Both the position numbers and the translations under genes were made by a program. The notes beneath the pieces are model-generated. The model worked only from the letters and a program-made list of their open reading frames with translations. It was not told the origin of the DNA and made no database searches. Below, piece after piece: positions 10,695 through 20,818 of a DNA stretch of 64,000 nt. The stretch is from a virus. Lineage: Duplodnaviria > Caudoviricetes. How positions within the stretch are numbered: position 1 is the stretch's first letter; every line of letters starts with the position of its first letter. The stretch spans positions 64,001 through 128,000 of IMG/VR virus record IMGVR_UViG_3300025715_000012. One strand, written 5' to 3'.

Positions 10695-11534
10695 ATGGGC
10701 AATATTATTAAAGATTATAAAAGATTTGTCAATGAATCAGTTGATTCTTCAATAAAATCAATTACAGACATACCAGAAGAAGTTTTTATGACAGCTAAAA
10801 AAATTGCTGCGGACTATTATGATAAAACCAGAAAACCAGTTTTTGAATTTTCGCCAGAAAAAGGATTGTTGATGAAATTTGGCGTGACAGATAAAGACTT
10901 TAGATTTGCTGAAGAAGGAACTTTGGAATTGGATTTGAATACTGCAGCAAAAAGAAAAAGAGATTATAATGTCACTTTGATCTATGATGACAAAATAACG
11001 GAAACAGAAGAGGTTCAATATATTGTCAAATTTGAACCGAATACGGAGCCTTACATAGAAGTCGATGGTGAAGATGAAGATAATGATTTTGTCGATGAAT
11101 ATGAATTGAATAAAGATCCAGAAGAGAATTTCGATGATGAAGATATTGATAAAAATATCAATAGGAGGATCAAGCAAGATGTTCAATTTATAGATAATGA
11201 TGATGATGATGATGATGATTTTTTGGATGAAGAATTCAATCCTCTGAAAAAAGAAGATTGGAAAAAAGCTGGAAAAACCATAAGAAAAGGAGTTGGAATT
11301 CTAACAAAAGAAGAAGCCGTTGAAAAGGGAAGAGAAATTGTGATGAATCATGTAAATAGAAAAAAGAAATATTTAGATTTATTGGAAGAAGATCCTGAGG
11401 CCGCTGAAAAATATCTTGAATTTTTTGGTCATAATCCAAATGGTATACCCGAGTGGAATAGTGAAAAAGAAGAGTGGATCGATAGAGCATTCTATTCATC
11501 AAATGTTGGTGGAAGTTGGGGTGGCGAATACTAA
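10695..11534 (+). CDS. Acidic hypothetical protein with CTS-like leader
   Basis: IIKDYKRFVNES leader; TAATATATA at 10660. Confidence 0.7.
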   Translation: MGNIIKDYKRFVNESVDSSIKSITDIPEEVFMTAKKIAADYYDKTRKPVFEFSPEKGLLMKFGVTDKDFRFAEEGTLELDLNTAAKRKRDYNVTLIYDDKITETEEVQYIVKFEPNTEPYIEVDGEDEDNDFVDEYELNKDPEENFDDEDIDKNINRRIKQDVQFIDNDDDDDDDFLDEEFNPLKKEDWKKAGKTIRKGVGILTKEEAVEKGREIVMNHVNRKKKYLDLLEEDPEAAEKYLEFFGHNPNGIPEWNSEKEEWIDRAFYSSNVGGSWGGEY

Positions 11535-11554
11535 ACTTGTGAAAATTATACAAA

Positions 11555-11860
11555 ATGATTGACGTAAGAGTTGGACACAATATTTTAATCTTACCGAGAT
11601 TACAATATTATATTGAAAAGAGAGATTGGGATGATATGTCCAGTCTTATTGGAAATATTTATACCATTAATAGAATAGAAAAAGCTTCAAATTGGGAAAA
11701 AGATGGTGAGGGCGGGGATATAATATATTGGTTTCGTGATCATAATGAATTAAGTTGGTTTGTCTATAGAGATTGTTTTGAAATCACGACAAGAAAAAGA
11801 AAAAGAAAATTAAATTTAGAAGAAGATCCTTGGGGTGAAGAAAACTGGGGATGGGAATAA
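11555..11860 (+). CDS. Small SH3/KOW-like domain with C-terminal DPWGEENWGWE tag
   Basis: Paralog of 11874; core also shared with 60516 and 60784. Confidence 0.75.
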   Translation: MIDVRVGHNILILPRLQYYIEKRDWDDMSSLIGNIYTINRIEKASNWEKDGEGGDIIYWFRDHNELSWFVYRDCFEITTRKRKRKLNLEEDPWGEENWGWE

Positions 11861-12236
11861 AATTTTTTGAATTATGGATAGTTATGAAGATATAAAAGAA
11901 GGCGATGAAGTTTTAATTCTACCGAGATTGGAATATTATATTGATAAAAGAGAGTGGCCTCGTATAATGAAAGATCTCATTGGAAATATTTATGTGATCA
12001 AAGAAATAGGCTTCGATGAGAGAAATATCACAGATAGTGAAGGAGGATTTGTCATATATTGGATCAAAGATTTTGGAGAACGTTGGTATGTTTATAGAGA
12101 TTGTATAGAACATATAACTAGAAAAAGAAAATTAAATTTAGAGGAAGATCCTTGGGGTGAAGAAAACTGGGGATGGGAATAAAATTTTTTGAATTATGAA
12201 TAGTTATGAAGATATAAAAAAAGGCGATGAAGTTTT
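11798..12236 (+). repeat. 117-bp direct repeat (11798-11914 and 12120-12236, 3 mismatches)
   Basis: Tag-coding end, stop, spacer and start of the next copy; period 322 bp. Confidence 0.9.
11874..12182 (+). CDS. Small SH3/KOW-like domain with C-terminal DPWGEENWGWE tag
   Basis: Paralog of 11555. Confidence 0.75.
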   Translation: MDSYEDIKEGDEVLILPRLEYYIDKREWPRIMKDLIGNIYVIKEIGFDERNITDSEGGFVIYWIKDFGERWYVYRDCIEHITRKRKLNLEEDPWGEENWGWE

Positions 12237-12427
12237 GTTCTATGTTGTTTTGTGTCAATGTATAAAAATGGGGCATCATTTTTTATTTGTCGCAAAAGAA
12301 ATGGGTTTTTTAAATCATATTTAAAACATTTATCTTTGTAAATATCAATAAAATCTTTTTCTGATAATTCTTTTGTATATTTTTCATATTCTGTTTGTTC
12401 TTTTAAATATTCATTAAAATTTTTCAT
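12194..12427 (-). pseudogene. CTS-leader gene probably truncated by the third, partial repeat copy
   Basis: MKNFNEYLKE leader; the 3' end is read from the antisense of the duplicated segment. Confidence 0.5.
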
Positions 12428-12445
12428 AATAATATATATTTAAAA

Positions 12446-12847
12446 TCACATATCAAATTTTTGAGAATTTTTCATCTCTTTTTCTAAATCATCCTTGAAA
12501 TAAACTTTTAGATATTCTATATCAAAATTATCTAAATCATATCTTTGACGAACCAGATCATAATTTTTTTCTTTTTCGGTTGTCTTATTGGTGGATGATT
12601 TTTTTCTATCTTTCGCATCCCAATACCATTTCGGTATAGAATAAGTGTCTTTAAAAAATTCGAACCACAAGTCGATGGCTGACGCTTTATCTATCGACTT
12701 GTGATTAAAATTATTAGCAAAATCTGGAAATCCTTTTCCCAGTTTTCTATTAATAATGAAGAAAGCATCAATTTTATCTTGATCTCTAACTTCATTATAT
12801 AGATTTTTTTTAACAAAAATTCTATTTACAATTTCAATAAAATCCAT
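12446..12847 (-). CDS. Putative clamp loader small subunit (T4 gp62-like)
   Basis: FIINRKL...ANNFN...ID...PKW...DLVRQRY pattern and size resemble gp62. Confidence 0.45.
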   Translation of the reverse strand: MDFIEIVNRIFVKKNLYNEVRDQDKIDAFFIINRKLGKGFPDFANNFNHKSIDKASAIDLWFEFFKDTYSIPKWYWDAKDRKKSSTNKTTEKEKNYDLVRQRYDLDNFDIEYLKVYFKDDLEKEMKNSQKFDM

Positions 12848-12849
12848 TT

Positions 12850-13263
12850 TTAATAATAAGATTTATAATCAAAAGGATAAATTTTTACATTAAAAATAAA
12901 AACTCCTTCTTTATCATAATAGTTATATACAAAAATAACATCATTGTCTCTAAAAAGAGCTAAATCAGGTGAAGTTTTTATTTTATTTAATAGTTTTTCG
13001 GAAAATGGCACTTTTACAAGATCCCAATTACTTATGTCTGATTTTTTTCTATTGACAAGAGTGTAATTATAAGTCAATGTCTTTAAAGGGACAAAAAGAA
13101 CATTATCTGCCCTGGTCTCATTATCGACAACCATAGGTAAGTTGGTGTTTATAATAGATATGGACTCTTTCATTAGACTTGAAAAGTCATTATCGTTCAT
13201 TTTTTGTGAAAAGCCCAAAAAAGAAACAAAAATAAAGGCTAAAAGTAAAAATATTTTTTTCAT
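12850..13263 (-). CDS. Exported protein with signal peptide
   Basis: MKKIFLLLAFIFVSFLGFSQ Bacteroidota-style signal; NTNLPMVVDNETR core. Confidence 0.7.
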   Translation of the reverse strand: MKKIFLLLAFIFVSFLGFSQKMNDNDFSSLMKESISIINTNLPMVVDNETRADNVLFVPLKTLTYNYTLVNRKKSDISNWDLVKVPFSEKLLNKIKTSPDLALFRDNDVIFVYNYYDKEGVFIFNVKIYPFDYKSYY

Positions 13264-13342
13264 AGAGTTTGATTTTACAAATTATAACTTAGAAATCAAA
13301 AATTGTTTGAACTTATTTAGAATTTATTTATATAATGGTTAT

Positions 13343-14197
13343 ATGATAGATATTTACAAACAATTTATAAAAACAAAACTAGTCAAAAAAGATATCAATT
13401 TTTTCTTCGGAGTCATTAAGGAATTGGTAATGAATGATTTATATCCAAAATATTTAATAAGCCGCCGACTAAACAAATCATATAAAATTGTTAATTATCT
13501 GTGTGGTTTCAATGAAACTTGTCTTTGTTTCTATGAAGATATTTTAAATATAAATTTTTCAGTTGATAACAATCAAAAAAGCTACATACAAATTGTAGAA
13601 ATGTCTTATGATAATTTTAAAATGAAAATTGCTCTCGATATAAACATTTTTTTAAAAACGGATGAAAGAAAAAATAGACTCATATATGCTGATAATAAAT
13701 TTCTACATAGCTTACAAAAAACAATATACTTAATAAAAGAAGAGCATAAAAAAAGAATATTTGAAGATGAAATTTTGTATGATGAAATTTTACAAGATAA
13801 TTTGAAAAATATAAAAAAATCTGAAAATTTAAATGATATAATTTATATAATAAAAAAATCAACAGATCCATTTTTTAGAGAAAATCTTTCCAAGCTAGAT
13901 CCAATAATTTCAGGAATAAAAACAAAAACTTTAGATATTATATTTTTTATTATACATAGAATGCGATATTATAAAAATTATAAAAAACACATAAAACCAG
14001 CTAGAATAGAGAAAATCTTATTCACAGATGAAGAAGCAGTAGAAATAGCTGGTATATTAAATCATCAACTTACGGAAGAAAAAAATAAATTCTTGGAAGA
14101 TGTTGTTGAACATTACAATCAAAGAATGTTCAAATCATCAATGGAAATAGATGGCCATATAACAAAAACATTTCACAAAATAAAAGAGAAAAATTAA
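13343..14197 (+). CDS. Hypothetical protein
   Basis: Long ORF; start moved to ATG 13343 to avoid overlap with the minus-strand gene. Confidence 0.6.
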   Translation: MIDIYKQFIKTKLVKKDINFFFGVIKELVMNDLYPKYLISRRLNKSYKIVNYLCGFNETCLCFYEDILNINFSVDNNQKSYIQIVEMSYDNFKMKIALDINIFLKTDERKNRLIYADNKFLHSLQKTIYLIKEEHKKRIFEDEILYDEILQDNLKNIKKSENLNDIIYIIKKSTDPFFRENLSKLDPIISGIKTKTLDIIFFIIHRMRYYKNYKKHIKPARIEKILFTDEEAVEIAGILNHQLTEEKNKFLEDVVEHYNQRMFKSSMEIDGHITKTFHKIKEKN

Positions 14198-14226
14198 TAT
14201 ATAGAAAAAGAAAATAATTTATTCTT

Positions 14227-16737
14227 GTGGATTATCTATTATCTAAAAAATTTGATGGAACCTTTACAATTAATTTCATTGGTGTCGAAACTCTAACACC
14301 AGAAGATCCAGTTATGAAACTCCGATTGGCATCACCAATAGTGGGAGTTAAAAAAATTACTGGATACGAACAAATTATAAATGGAGTGATCGACGCATCC
14401 CAGTATGTTGTTGTTAAATTTAAATGGCAAAATCGATATGATATAGAAATACCTTGTGGAGATTGTTGGAGTGATCTTTTACCCATATCTGCTTTAACTG
14501 GTATAACAACCATACCGACCGAGCCTTTTGATTTAGAATTATATTTTTATAGAGTTGATGAAAAAGTTGATAGTCTTCTACCAACCCCGATATATGTTGG
14601 GAACGATGCGACAAGCGTCGCCGTTAAAATAAGTGGAGAATATGAGTTTAATTGGACAGATGGTCCGTTTATTTTAACAAATGAGCTGAGCGATCAAGGG
14701 GGCGTAATCTTATCTCCATCAGATATTTATAAAATTTTCAACATAACAGATTATACTATCTTATCGGATGATAATGATAATTTATTGATTTATTGGCGAG
14801 TAACACAAGATAATGGAAGAACATATTCTAAATGGGAGCCGCTGACAAAAGAAAATATATCCACTTATCGTTTCAATCAACTTCGTTTTGCTAAAATGCA
14901 ATATTTAATAAAATTGATTAATCCTGTATATACACCGATTAATGTTTATGATGTAATTTTGAGTGGCGAGTTTCAAAATATATCAGCCAATTCAATGAAA
15001 ACAAATTTTTATGGTATAAGAGCGGATTGTGTCACAGGACTTTTAAATCCGAACAATACTGGTGTGACGAGCGGTGTAACTACTTGTGCTAGAAACATAG
15101 ACACAGGACTACAATCTTATTCACAGGGTAATGGTGTGTTTGCTCCAGCTATGACAAATTACGAGTTGGATATGAATTTTTGGACACAAGGACTTAGTTG
15201 CTATTCTTCTGGACAACCTTCTAATAGTTTGACTAGCTCGGCTATCGCAGCGAGCACCAATTCAACCAGTGGAAATGGTGCATCTTGGAATCCATATGAT
15301 ATAAATAAAATAGCTGGCTTTGCCAACACATTAGCTAATCAATTAAATGAAATATTTGCTTGGGAAGTTGATTATCACTTGACTGATCCAGATGAAAATG
15401 GCACAGATTTCATTCTACATGAATATCAGCTATTTAATATAGTGGATGTTAAAAAATTGAAAGTGTTAGTGCCAGATAATAAATTTCCAGATAACACAGT
15501 GAAAATGAATGCTTTCAGTTTAGAATTATTTGACACATTTGAAATACATATATTAAAAGATGAATTCAAAAGAAAATTTGGAATAGATCGTCGCCCAGCT
15601 GAAAATGATGTTTTGTTTTTCTGTGTTATAAATCGTTTGTTCTATGTAAAACATGCTCAAATTTATAGAGATATAATGAATGCTGGTTTTTATTATAAAG
15701 TTATTCTCGAAAAATACGAACAAAAAGCCAATATACGAAATCTTTCAGAAGAGTCGAAACAAATGCTTGATATACTTACGAATAACACCACAATGCAAGA
15801 ATTATTCGGAGAAGAAGTTAAAAATGAAGAAGAAAAGATCGCTAATATCGAACAATTTAAACCTTTCACATTTGATCCAATGCGTTATGTGATAAGCAAT
15901 GATGTCATTAGAGTACAACAAGATATATTGAACTATGATATAAATTTTTCAAAAACTCATTATGATTTCAAAGACACTGTTGGAAAAACAGCAATTTTTT
16001 ACAAAAAGACAGATAATACGCTTGGTCTTTCAGACAATAGAACTTTCATATTTTGGATAAATTTTAATAACGCGTGGGATTCTAATGTTAGACCAACAAG
16101 AAACTCTTGGAAACATTACAACATAGATTCTACTTTAAATTATTGGTTTTTGAACAATTTTGACACAGATACGAATAAGGGATACAGGGTGTGGTATCAT
16201 AATAAGAATTTAAACATCCAAATAAATGATAAATTTTATAGTATATCGAACTTGAATTTATTGACAAACATTTGGTACGGAGTAGTAATTATTATGGATC
16301 AAAGACAAAAAACTATGGATCTAAAAGTATATCAAAGAGATAATGACTATGATATAGTTATGATGCATACTACAACTCAACATATTGTCAGAGTTGATTG
16401 GCTTGACACGGCCAGTTATACTCAATACATATCGGCTGGATATAAACCAGTGGATAACGAAGAAAAAAAATCATCTACTACGATTTTCAAGACAGTTAAA
16501 GAAAATTATTATGAAAATATTGAAAATCAATCATTTGAGCACGAGGTAGATTTAACAATTACTGGCTCGAATATAAAGATGACAAACATAAGAATAATGA
16601 TTGATTCGGTGCCTGTTGATGAAATAAATAACTTATTGAATCAATGGATAATAAGAGATTCACAGAGAGTCCTATTGGCCGACAATGCTGACAAAAATAT
16701 TTATACAGATAATTTTGTAAATAAAAATTGGATATAA
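14227..16737 (+). CDS. Virion structural protein with central T4 gp14-like neck domain and C-terminal LamG-like region
   Basis: FSLELFDTFEIHI..DEF...RRPAENDVLFF...RLFYV; late motif at 14195. Confidence 0.65.
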   Translation: MDYLLSKKFDGTFTINFIGVETLTPEDPVMKLRLASPIVGVKKITGYEQIINGVIDASQYVVVKFKWQNRYDIEIPCGDCWSDLLPISALTGITTIPTEPFDLELYFYRVDEKVDSLLPTPIYVGNDATSVAVKISGEYEFNWTDGPFILTNELSDQGGVILSPSDIYKIFNITDYTILSDDNDNLLIYWRVTQDNGRTYSKWEPLTKENISTYRFNQLRFAKMQYLIKLINPVYTPINVYDVILSGEFQNISANSMKTNFYGIRADCVTGLLNPNNTGVTSGVTTCARNIDTGLQSYSQGNGVFAPAMTNYELDMNFWTQGLSCYSSGQPSNSLTSSAIAASTNSTSGNGASWNPYDINKIAGFANTLANQLNEIFAWEVDYHLTDPDENGTDFILHEYQLFNIVDVKKLKVLVPDNKFPDNTVKMNAFSLELFDTFEIHILKDEFKRKFGIDRRPAENDVLFFCVINRLFYVKHAQIYRDIMNAGFYYKVILEKYEQKANIRNLSEESKQMLDILTNNTTMQELFGEEVKNEEEKIANIEQFKPFTFDPMRYVISNDVIRVQQDILNYDINFSKTHYDFKDTVGKTAIFYKKTDNTLGLSDNRTFIFWINFNNAWDSNVRPTRNSWKHYNIDSTLNYWFLNNFDTDTNKGYRVWYHNKNLNIQINDKFYSISNLNLLTNIWYGVVIIMDQRQKTMDLKVYQRDNDYDIVMMHTTTQHIVRVDWLDTASYTQYISAGYKPVDNEEKKSSTTIFKTVKENYYENIENQSFEHEVDLTITGSNIKMTNIRIMIDSVPVDEINNLLNQWIIRDSQRVLLADNADKNIYTDNFVNKNWI

Positions 16738-16739
16738 TA

Positions 16740-17069
16740 ATGAAACATATAAAATTATATGAACAATTTGACTTTGAAGACTTTTCTGATGAAGAACTTT
16801 TTGGAAAAGAGACGTTTAAACTCATTTTCAGTGGTCGTAGATTTTATATAGTAGAAAAAATTGAAAATAATATAGTTTTTTTATATAAAGGTTATAAATG
16901 GATATCTGATGAAAATTTAAAAAAATATTGTTTATTTTGTTTAGAAGAATTGGGAGAAAATGATGAAATAGCAATTTTTATCGGACATAATAATACGAAT
17001 TACCAGAAATATTGGGATATTTATACAAAAGATACATTACCAAAAGAAATAAAATATGAATTGAATTGA
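16740..17069 (+). CDS. DEELFG-leader cassette protein
   Basis: MKHIKLYEQFDFEDFSDEELFG...LPKEIK. Confidence 0.8.
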   Translation: MKHIKLYEQFDFEDFSDEELFGKETFKLIFSGRRFYIVEKIENNIVFLYKGYKWISDENLKKYCLFCLEELGENDEIAIFIGHNNTNYQKYWDIYTKDTLPKEIKYELN

Positions 17070-17470
17070 AACATATAAAACTATACGAACAATTTCATTT
17101 TGAAAACATTTTAAATAGAGATGGTTTTCAATTTATATCGCATTCAACTAAAGAAGATTGGGGTGAATCTATTTTAATAATGGAAAAAGAGGGAAAAGCT
17201 TTTGGTCGAATCTATTGGTATAATGATGATGATACTACAGTTTATCTTGATTGGCTCAGTGTAGATAAAGATGCCAGAAAAGGAGGATTAGGGACAATAT
17301 TACAAAAAATAAGAGAAGATATTGGTAAAGAATTGGGCGCCAAGTTCGCCTGTTTGTGGGTAAAAAAGGATAGTTGGATGCATGATTGGTATGAAAGAAG
17401 AGGATACAAAGATTATATGAATTATAAAGAAGATAAAAATTATATATGGATGCAAAAAACAATTGAATAG
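17066..17470 (+). CDS. GNAT acetyltransferase with CTS-like leader
   Basis: LSVDKDARKGGLGT acetyl-CoA motif; WYERRGY. Confidence 0.8.
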   Translation: MKHIKLYEQFHFENILNRDGFQFISHSTKEDWGESILIMEKEGKAFGRIYWYNDDDTTVYLDWLSVDKDARKGGLGTILQKIREDIGKELGAKFACLWVKKDSWMHDWYERRGYKDYMNYKEDKNYIWMQKTIE

Positions 17471-17791
17471 ATGAAGCACATAAAAATATATGAGCAATAT
17501 GATTTTGAGGATCTATCGGATGAGGAGCTTTTTGGAAAAGTTTCCTTTAAATTGATCAAGTTAAAAAATGATATATATTTTATATTAGAAAAAATTGAAA
17601 ATGGATATCTTTTTTTATATAATGGATATGAATGGAAAAAAGAAGAATTATATGAAGAGCCCAGCGTTAATATTGAAGATTTGAGTGATGATGATATAAT
17701 AACAACTCATGAAGAAATTAATGGAAATGGATTTTGGATGCGCTGGAATAAATACACGTTGCCAGAAGAAATAAAAGATAAGTTGAAATGA
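17471..17791 (+). CDS. DEELFG-leader cassette protein
   Basis: Leader plus LPEEIK end; paralog of 16740 and 61082. Confidence 0.8.
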   Translation: MKHIKIYEQYDFEDLSDEELFGKVSFKLIKLKNDIYFILEKIENGYLFLYNGYEWKKEELYEEPSVNIEDLSDDDIITTHEEINGNGFWMRWNKYTLPEEIKDKLK

Positions 17792-18132
17792 AACATATAA
17801 AATTATATGAACAATTTGATTTTGAGGATCTATCGGATGAAGAACTTTTCGGAATAGATAGTAATAAAGGACCTTATGATGATATTTTGATATACGGCGA
17901 TAGTGGGCCTAGTTTTAAATGTGGGGATAGAGTTAAAGTAATTAATAATGATGAATTTTATTATGAAGGAAAAAAAGGTGACATTGGTACAGTGATCACA
18001 TATAGTGATGGATCTTATTTAGTTTGCTTAGATGATTTTACTGCTGGACATAAAGGAGATCGTGATACAGATTATGAGGACACGGGTGGTGGTTTGTTCC
18101 AGAAGATCTTGAAAAATATGAAAAAAAAATGA
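17788..18132 (+). CDS. DEELFG-leader cassette protein, SH3-like; probable late frameshift
   Basis: Paralog of 61429. Confidence 0.75.
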   Translation: MKHIKLYEQFDFEDLSDEELFGIDSNKGPYDDILIYGDSGPSFKCGDRVKVINNDEFYYEGKKGDIGTVITYSDGSYLVCLDDFTAGHKGDRDTDYEDTGGGLFQKILKNMKKK

Positions 18133-18443
18133 AACACATAAAAATATACGAACAATTTAATCTTGATGACTTTTCAGATGAAGAGCTTTTCGGAAATGAT
18201 GACAATTATTTTCCAAAAGAAAATATAGAGAAATATTATTATGATTATAAAGAATTATTCAATCACACAAAATATGATGAAGAATACGGATATACAAATT
18301 ATGAATTATGGACTGAAGTTGGGCAATTGACTCTCAAATATAATCTCACAAGAGACGATGTCAAATGGATACTTGATAATAAAAACACGAGATTTGATAG
18401 TGATAAATTTCTAGAAGATACATATCTTCATTGGGACGATTAA
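18129..18443 (+). CDS. DEELFG-leader cassette protein
   Basis: MKHIKIYEQFNLDDFSDEELFG. Confidence 0.8.
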   Translation: MKHIKIYEQFNLDDFSDEELFGNDDNYFPKENIEKYYYDYKELFNHTKYDEEYGYTNYELWTEVGQLTLKYNLTRDDVKWILDNKNTRFDSDKFLEDTYLHWDD

Positions 18444-18768
18444 TTTTAATTAAAAAAAGTTAAAACAGGACTAAAACATTTTAATATATAATAATAAGTT
18501 TTTTGGTTATTGGTAGTTTCGAGTTTAAAGACTTTGGAAATGTTTTTAAAAAAAGCATTAAAGAAATTATCAAAACATAAATAAAAAATAAAAAGAAAAA
18601 GTGAGAAAAGTACCACTCAATAAATTACGCTTTCATTTATTTCCTCAATTTTTATTTGTTTTGACTCGAATATTTCCAATATATCAGAAATCGATATAAT
18701 TTGGAATTTGTTTATTTTTTGGCGCGCGAAAAGTAAGCATTTCACAAATAAAAAATAAAAATTATATT

Positions 18769-19632
18769 ATGGCACACTATCGAATGAGTGAAAGATTTCC
18801 ATCTGCTGTTATTACAAGCGGTGGAAACGAAAAGAAAATCTACAATGGTGGTTTTATCTATTTAAATGATGGAGAAAACTTCGAGATCCGATTTTTCAAT
18901 CCGACCCAGTTTAAACTTGGAGTTGAGATAATTTTTAACGGATATAAAAAAGGAGATGGTTATTTGGTTCTAAATCCTGGACAAGATGTCACGCTGGATC
19001 GTTTCTTGGACGAGCAACGTAAAATGGTGTTTGAGACATATACCATCGATGGAAATAATCAAGCTGCGGTTGAGGCGGCAGCCAATAACGGATTAATACA
19101 ATTTAATTTCTATAGAGAATCATATTTTAGATATGGCTCAAATACTGGATATGGTACTAGTGGATATAGTGGTAATAGCGGCACTCGCGGTTTTGCTGGA
19201 ACCGGTGGCGGTTTTGCTGGAACCGGTGGATTACCAAGATTTAAATCTAGCAATACAAATAGTCGTACATATTCTGATAACAACATTACATATTTTGATG
19301 CTGACTTTGAACAGGGCACTACGTCTTATACATCAAGTTTCACAACAACAATTGATTATGCTCCAGATACTATGTATAGAACATCAACATCCAATAGCAA
19401 TCCAGTAGAAACTGGAAGAGTTGAAGCAGGTGATGTATCCAATCAAACATTGGAAAATGTGTCTGTTCAATTTGAGACATCCCCAATGCATAGAATTAGT
19501 TATAAGTTGTTACCATACTCAGCTAAACCAATGGAGGTCACTGAAATAAGACAATATTGCCCGAACTGCGGATACAGAATTCGTAATAATAGTTGGAAAT
19601 ATTGTCCAAAATGCTCACAAAAAATTGAGTAA
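18769..19632 (+). CDS. Hypothetical protein with Gly-rich linker and C-terminal zinc ribbon
   Basis: CPNCG...CPKC. Confidence 0.75.
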   Translation: MAHYRMSERFPSAVITSGGNEKKIYNGGFIYLNDGENFEIRFFNPTQFKLGVEIIFNGYKKGDGYLVLNPGQDVTLDRFLDEQRKMVFETYTIDGNNQAAVEAAANNGLIQFNFYRESYFRYGSNTGYGTSGYSGNSGTRGFAGTGGGFAGTGGLPRFKSSNTNSRTYSDNNITYFDADFEQGTTSYTSSFTTTIDYAPDTMYRTSTSNSNPVETGRVEAGDVSNQTLENVSVQFETSPMHRISYKLLPYSAKPMEVTEIRQYCPNCGYRIRNNSWKYCPKCSQKIE

Positions 19633-19650
19633 AAAATAATTTATAAAAAC

Positions 19651-20271
19651 ATGAAAAAGAATATAGATATAATTTGTATAATAGATAAATCTGGTTCTAT
19701 GAGCCCCATAAAGAATGACGCCATAGGGGGATTTAATAGTTTTCTTGAAGATCAGAAAAAAGCTGAATATCAAGCTTTTATGACAATTGTTTTATTTGAT
19801 ACTCGATTTAAAAAAATATCTGATGAGATTGCTGTACAAAAAATAGAGCCTTTAAATGGAACCACTTATAGTCCTGGTGGCAATACCGCTCTATATGATG
19901 CTATCGGACAAGAGATCGATAACTATTTAGATTATTTAGCATCTTTACCAAAAGAAGAAAGAAGCGAAAAAGCTCTTTTTGTGATATTAACAGATGGGGA
20001 AGAAAATTCCTCCAAAATCTATCATAAAGAATTGATAAAGAATATGATAGAAGATGTGAGAGAAAATATCGGAATAGAATTTATTTATTTGGGTGCAAAT
20101 CAAGACTCGTTTTTGGCAGCGACAAATATAGGAATATCCGGTAATAATTCTTTCAATTATGCTGCAACTGGGGATGGAATAAAACTAGCCTACTCTAAGA
20201 TATCCGAGGCAACAGCATATTATTCAACAACAGAAGCCAAAGAAGATTTGTTTCAACAAGAAAAGAAATAA
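19651..20271 (+). CDS. von Willebrand factor A domain protein
   Basis: DKSGSM MIDAS, TALYDAI, LTDGEEN, FIYLGAN. Confidence 0.9.
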   Translation: MKKNIDIICIIDKSGSMSPIKNDAIGGFNSFLEDQKKAEYQAFMTIVLFDTRFKKISDEIAVQKIEPLNGTTYSPGGNTALYDAIGQEIDNYLDYLASLPKEERSEKALFVILTDGEENSSKIYHKELIKNMIEDVRENIGIEFIYLGANQDSFLAATNIGISGNNSFNYAATGDGIKLAYSKISEATAYYSTTEAKEDLFQQEKK

Positions 20272-20290
20272 TTTTTAAATTATTTTTGTT

Positions 20291-20323
20291 AAAAAAACCA
20301 GATTTAAAAAATCTGGTTTTTTT
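20291..20323 (+). terminator. Intrinsic terminator
   Basis: AAAAAAACCAGATTT/AAATCTGGTTTTTTT hairpin. Confidence 0.85.
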
Positions 20324-20361
20324 ATTTAAATATATAACTATAATAAAAAAATGTATTCAAC

Positions 20362-20814
20362 ATGATAATAAAGTTTGAAAATTATTTGAATGAAAACATA
20401 TTTATAAAAAATAAATATAAGAAACTTTATGATAAACTTTATGATTATATAGAGAACGGTCGTATAAGAATGATACCGAATATTTATTCAAATTTATATA
20501 GATTCAAAATTGAAAAAAATGCTGTATCAGTCGAGGATGATCCATTTGGTGAAGAAGGGGGGAGAAAAATCACTGTTGAAGTGTCAATAAAAAAACAAGT
20601 TGACATGGATATATTAAGATTGTATGAATATATTTTAGCAATAGATGGGAATGAAGTTGATATGCCAAGTTATTATGTCAAAAAATTATATGATTTATTG
20701 GATGATAGAGAAGAAGAAAATAGAGAAGAAGAAGAAAGGAAAAAGGAAGAACTGGAAATAAAACGTCAAAAAGAACGAGAAGATAAAATTAGAAATATAG
20801 AAGAAATATTGTAA
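20362..20814 (+). CDS. CTS-leader protein with internal DDPFGEE tag
   Basis: MIIKFENYLNE; same domain as both halves of 20819. Confidence 0.75.
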   Translation: MIIKFENYLNENIFIKNKYKKLYDKLYDYIENGRIRMIPNIYSNLYRFKIEKNAVSVEDDPFGEEGGRKITVEVSIKKQVDMDILRLYEYILAIDGNEVDMPSYYVKKLYDLLDDREEENREEEERKKEELEIKRQKEREDKIRNIEEIL

Positions 20815-20818
20815 AATT

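Noticed and set aside
11195-11220. (GAT)n runs here and at about 47055-47120
   Set aside because: They encode in-frame poly-Asp tracts, so length changes would not switch expression.
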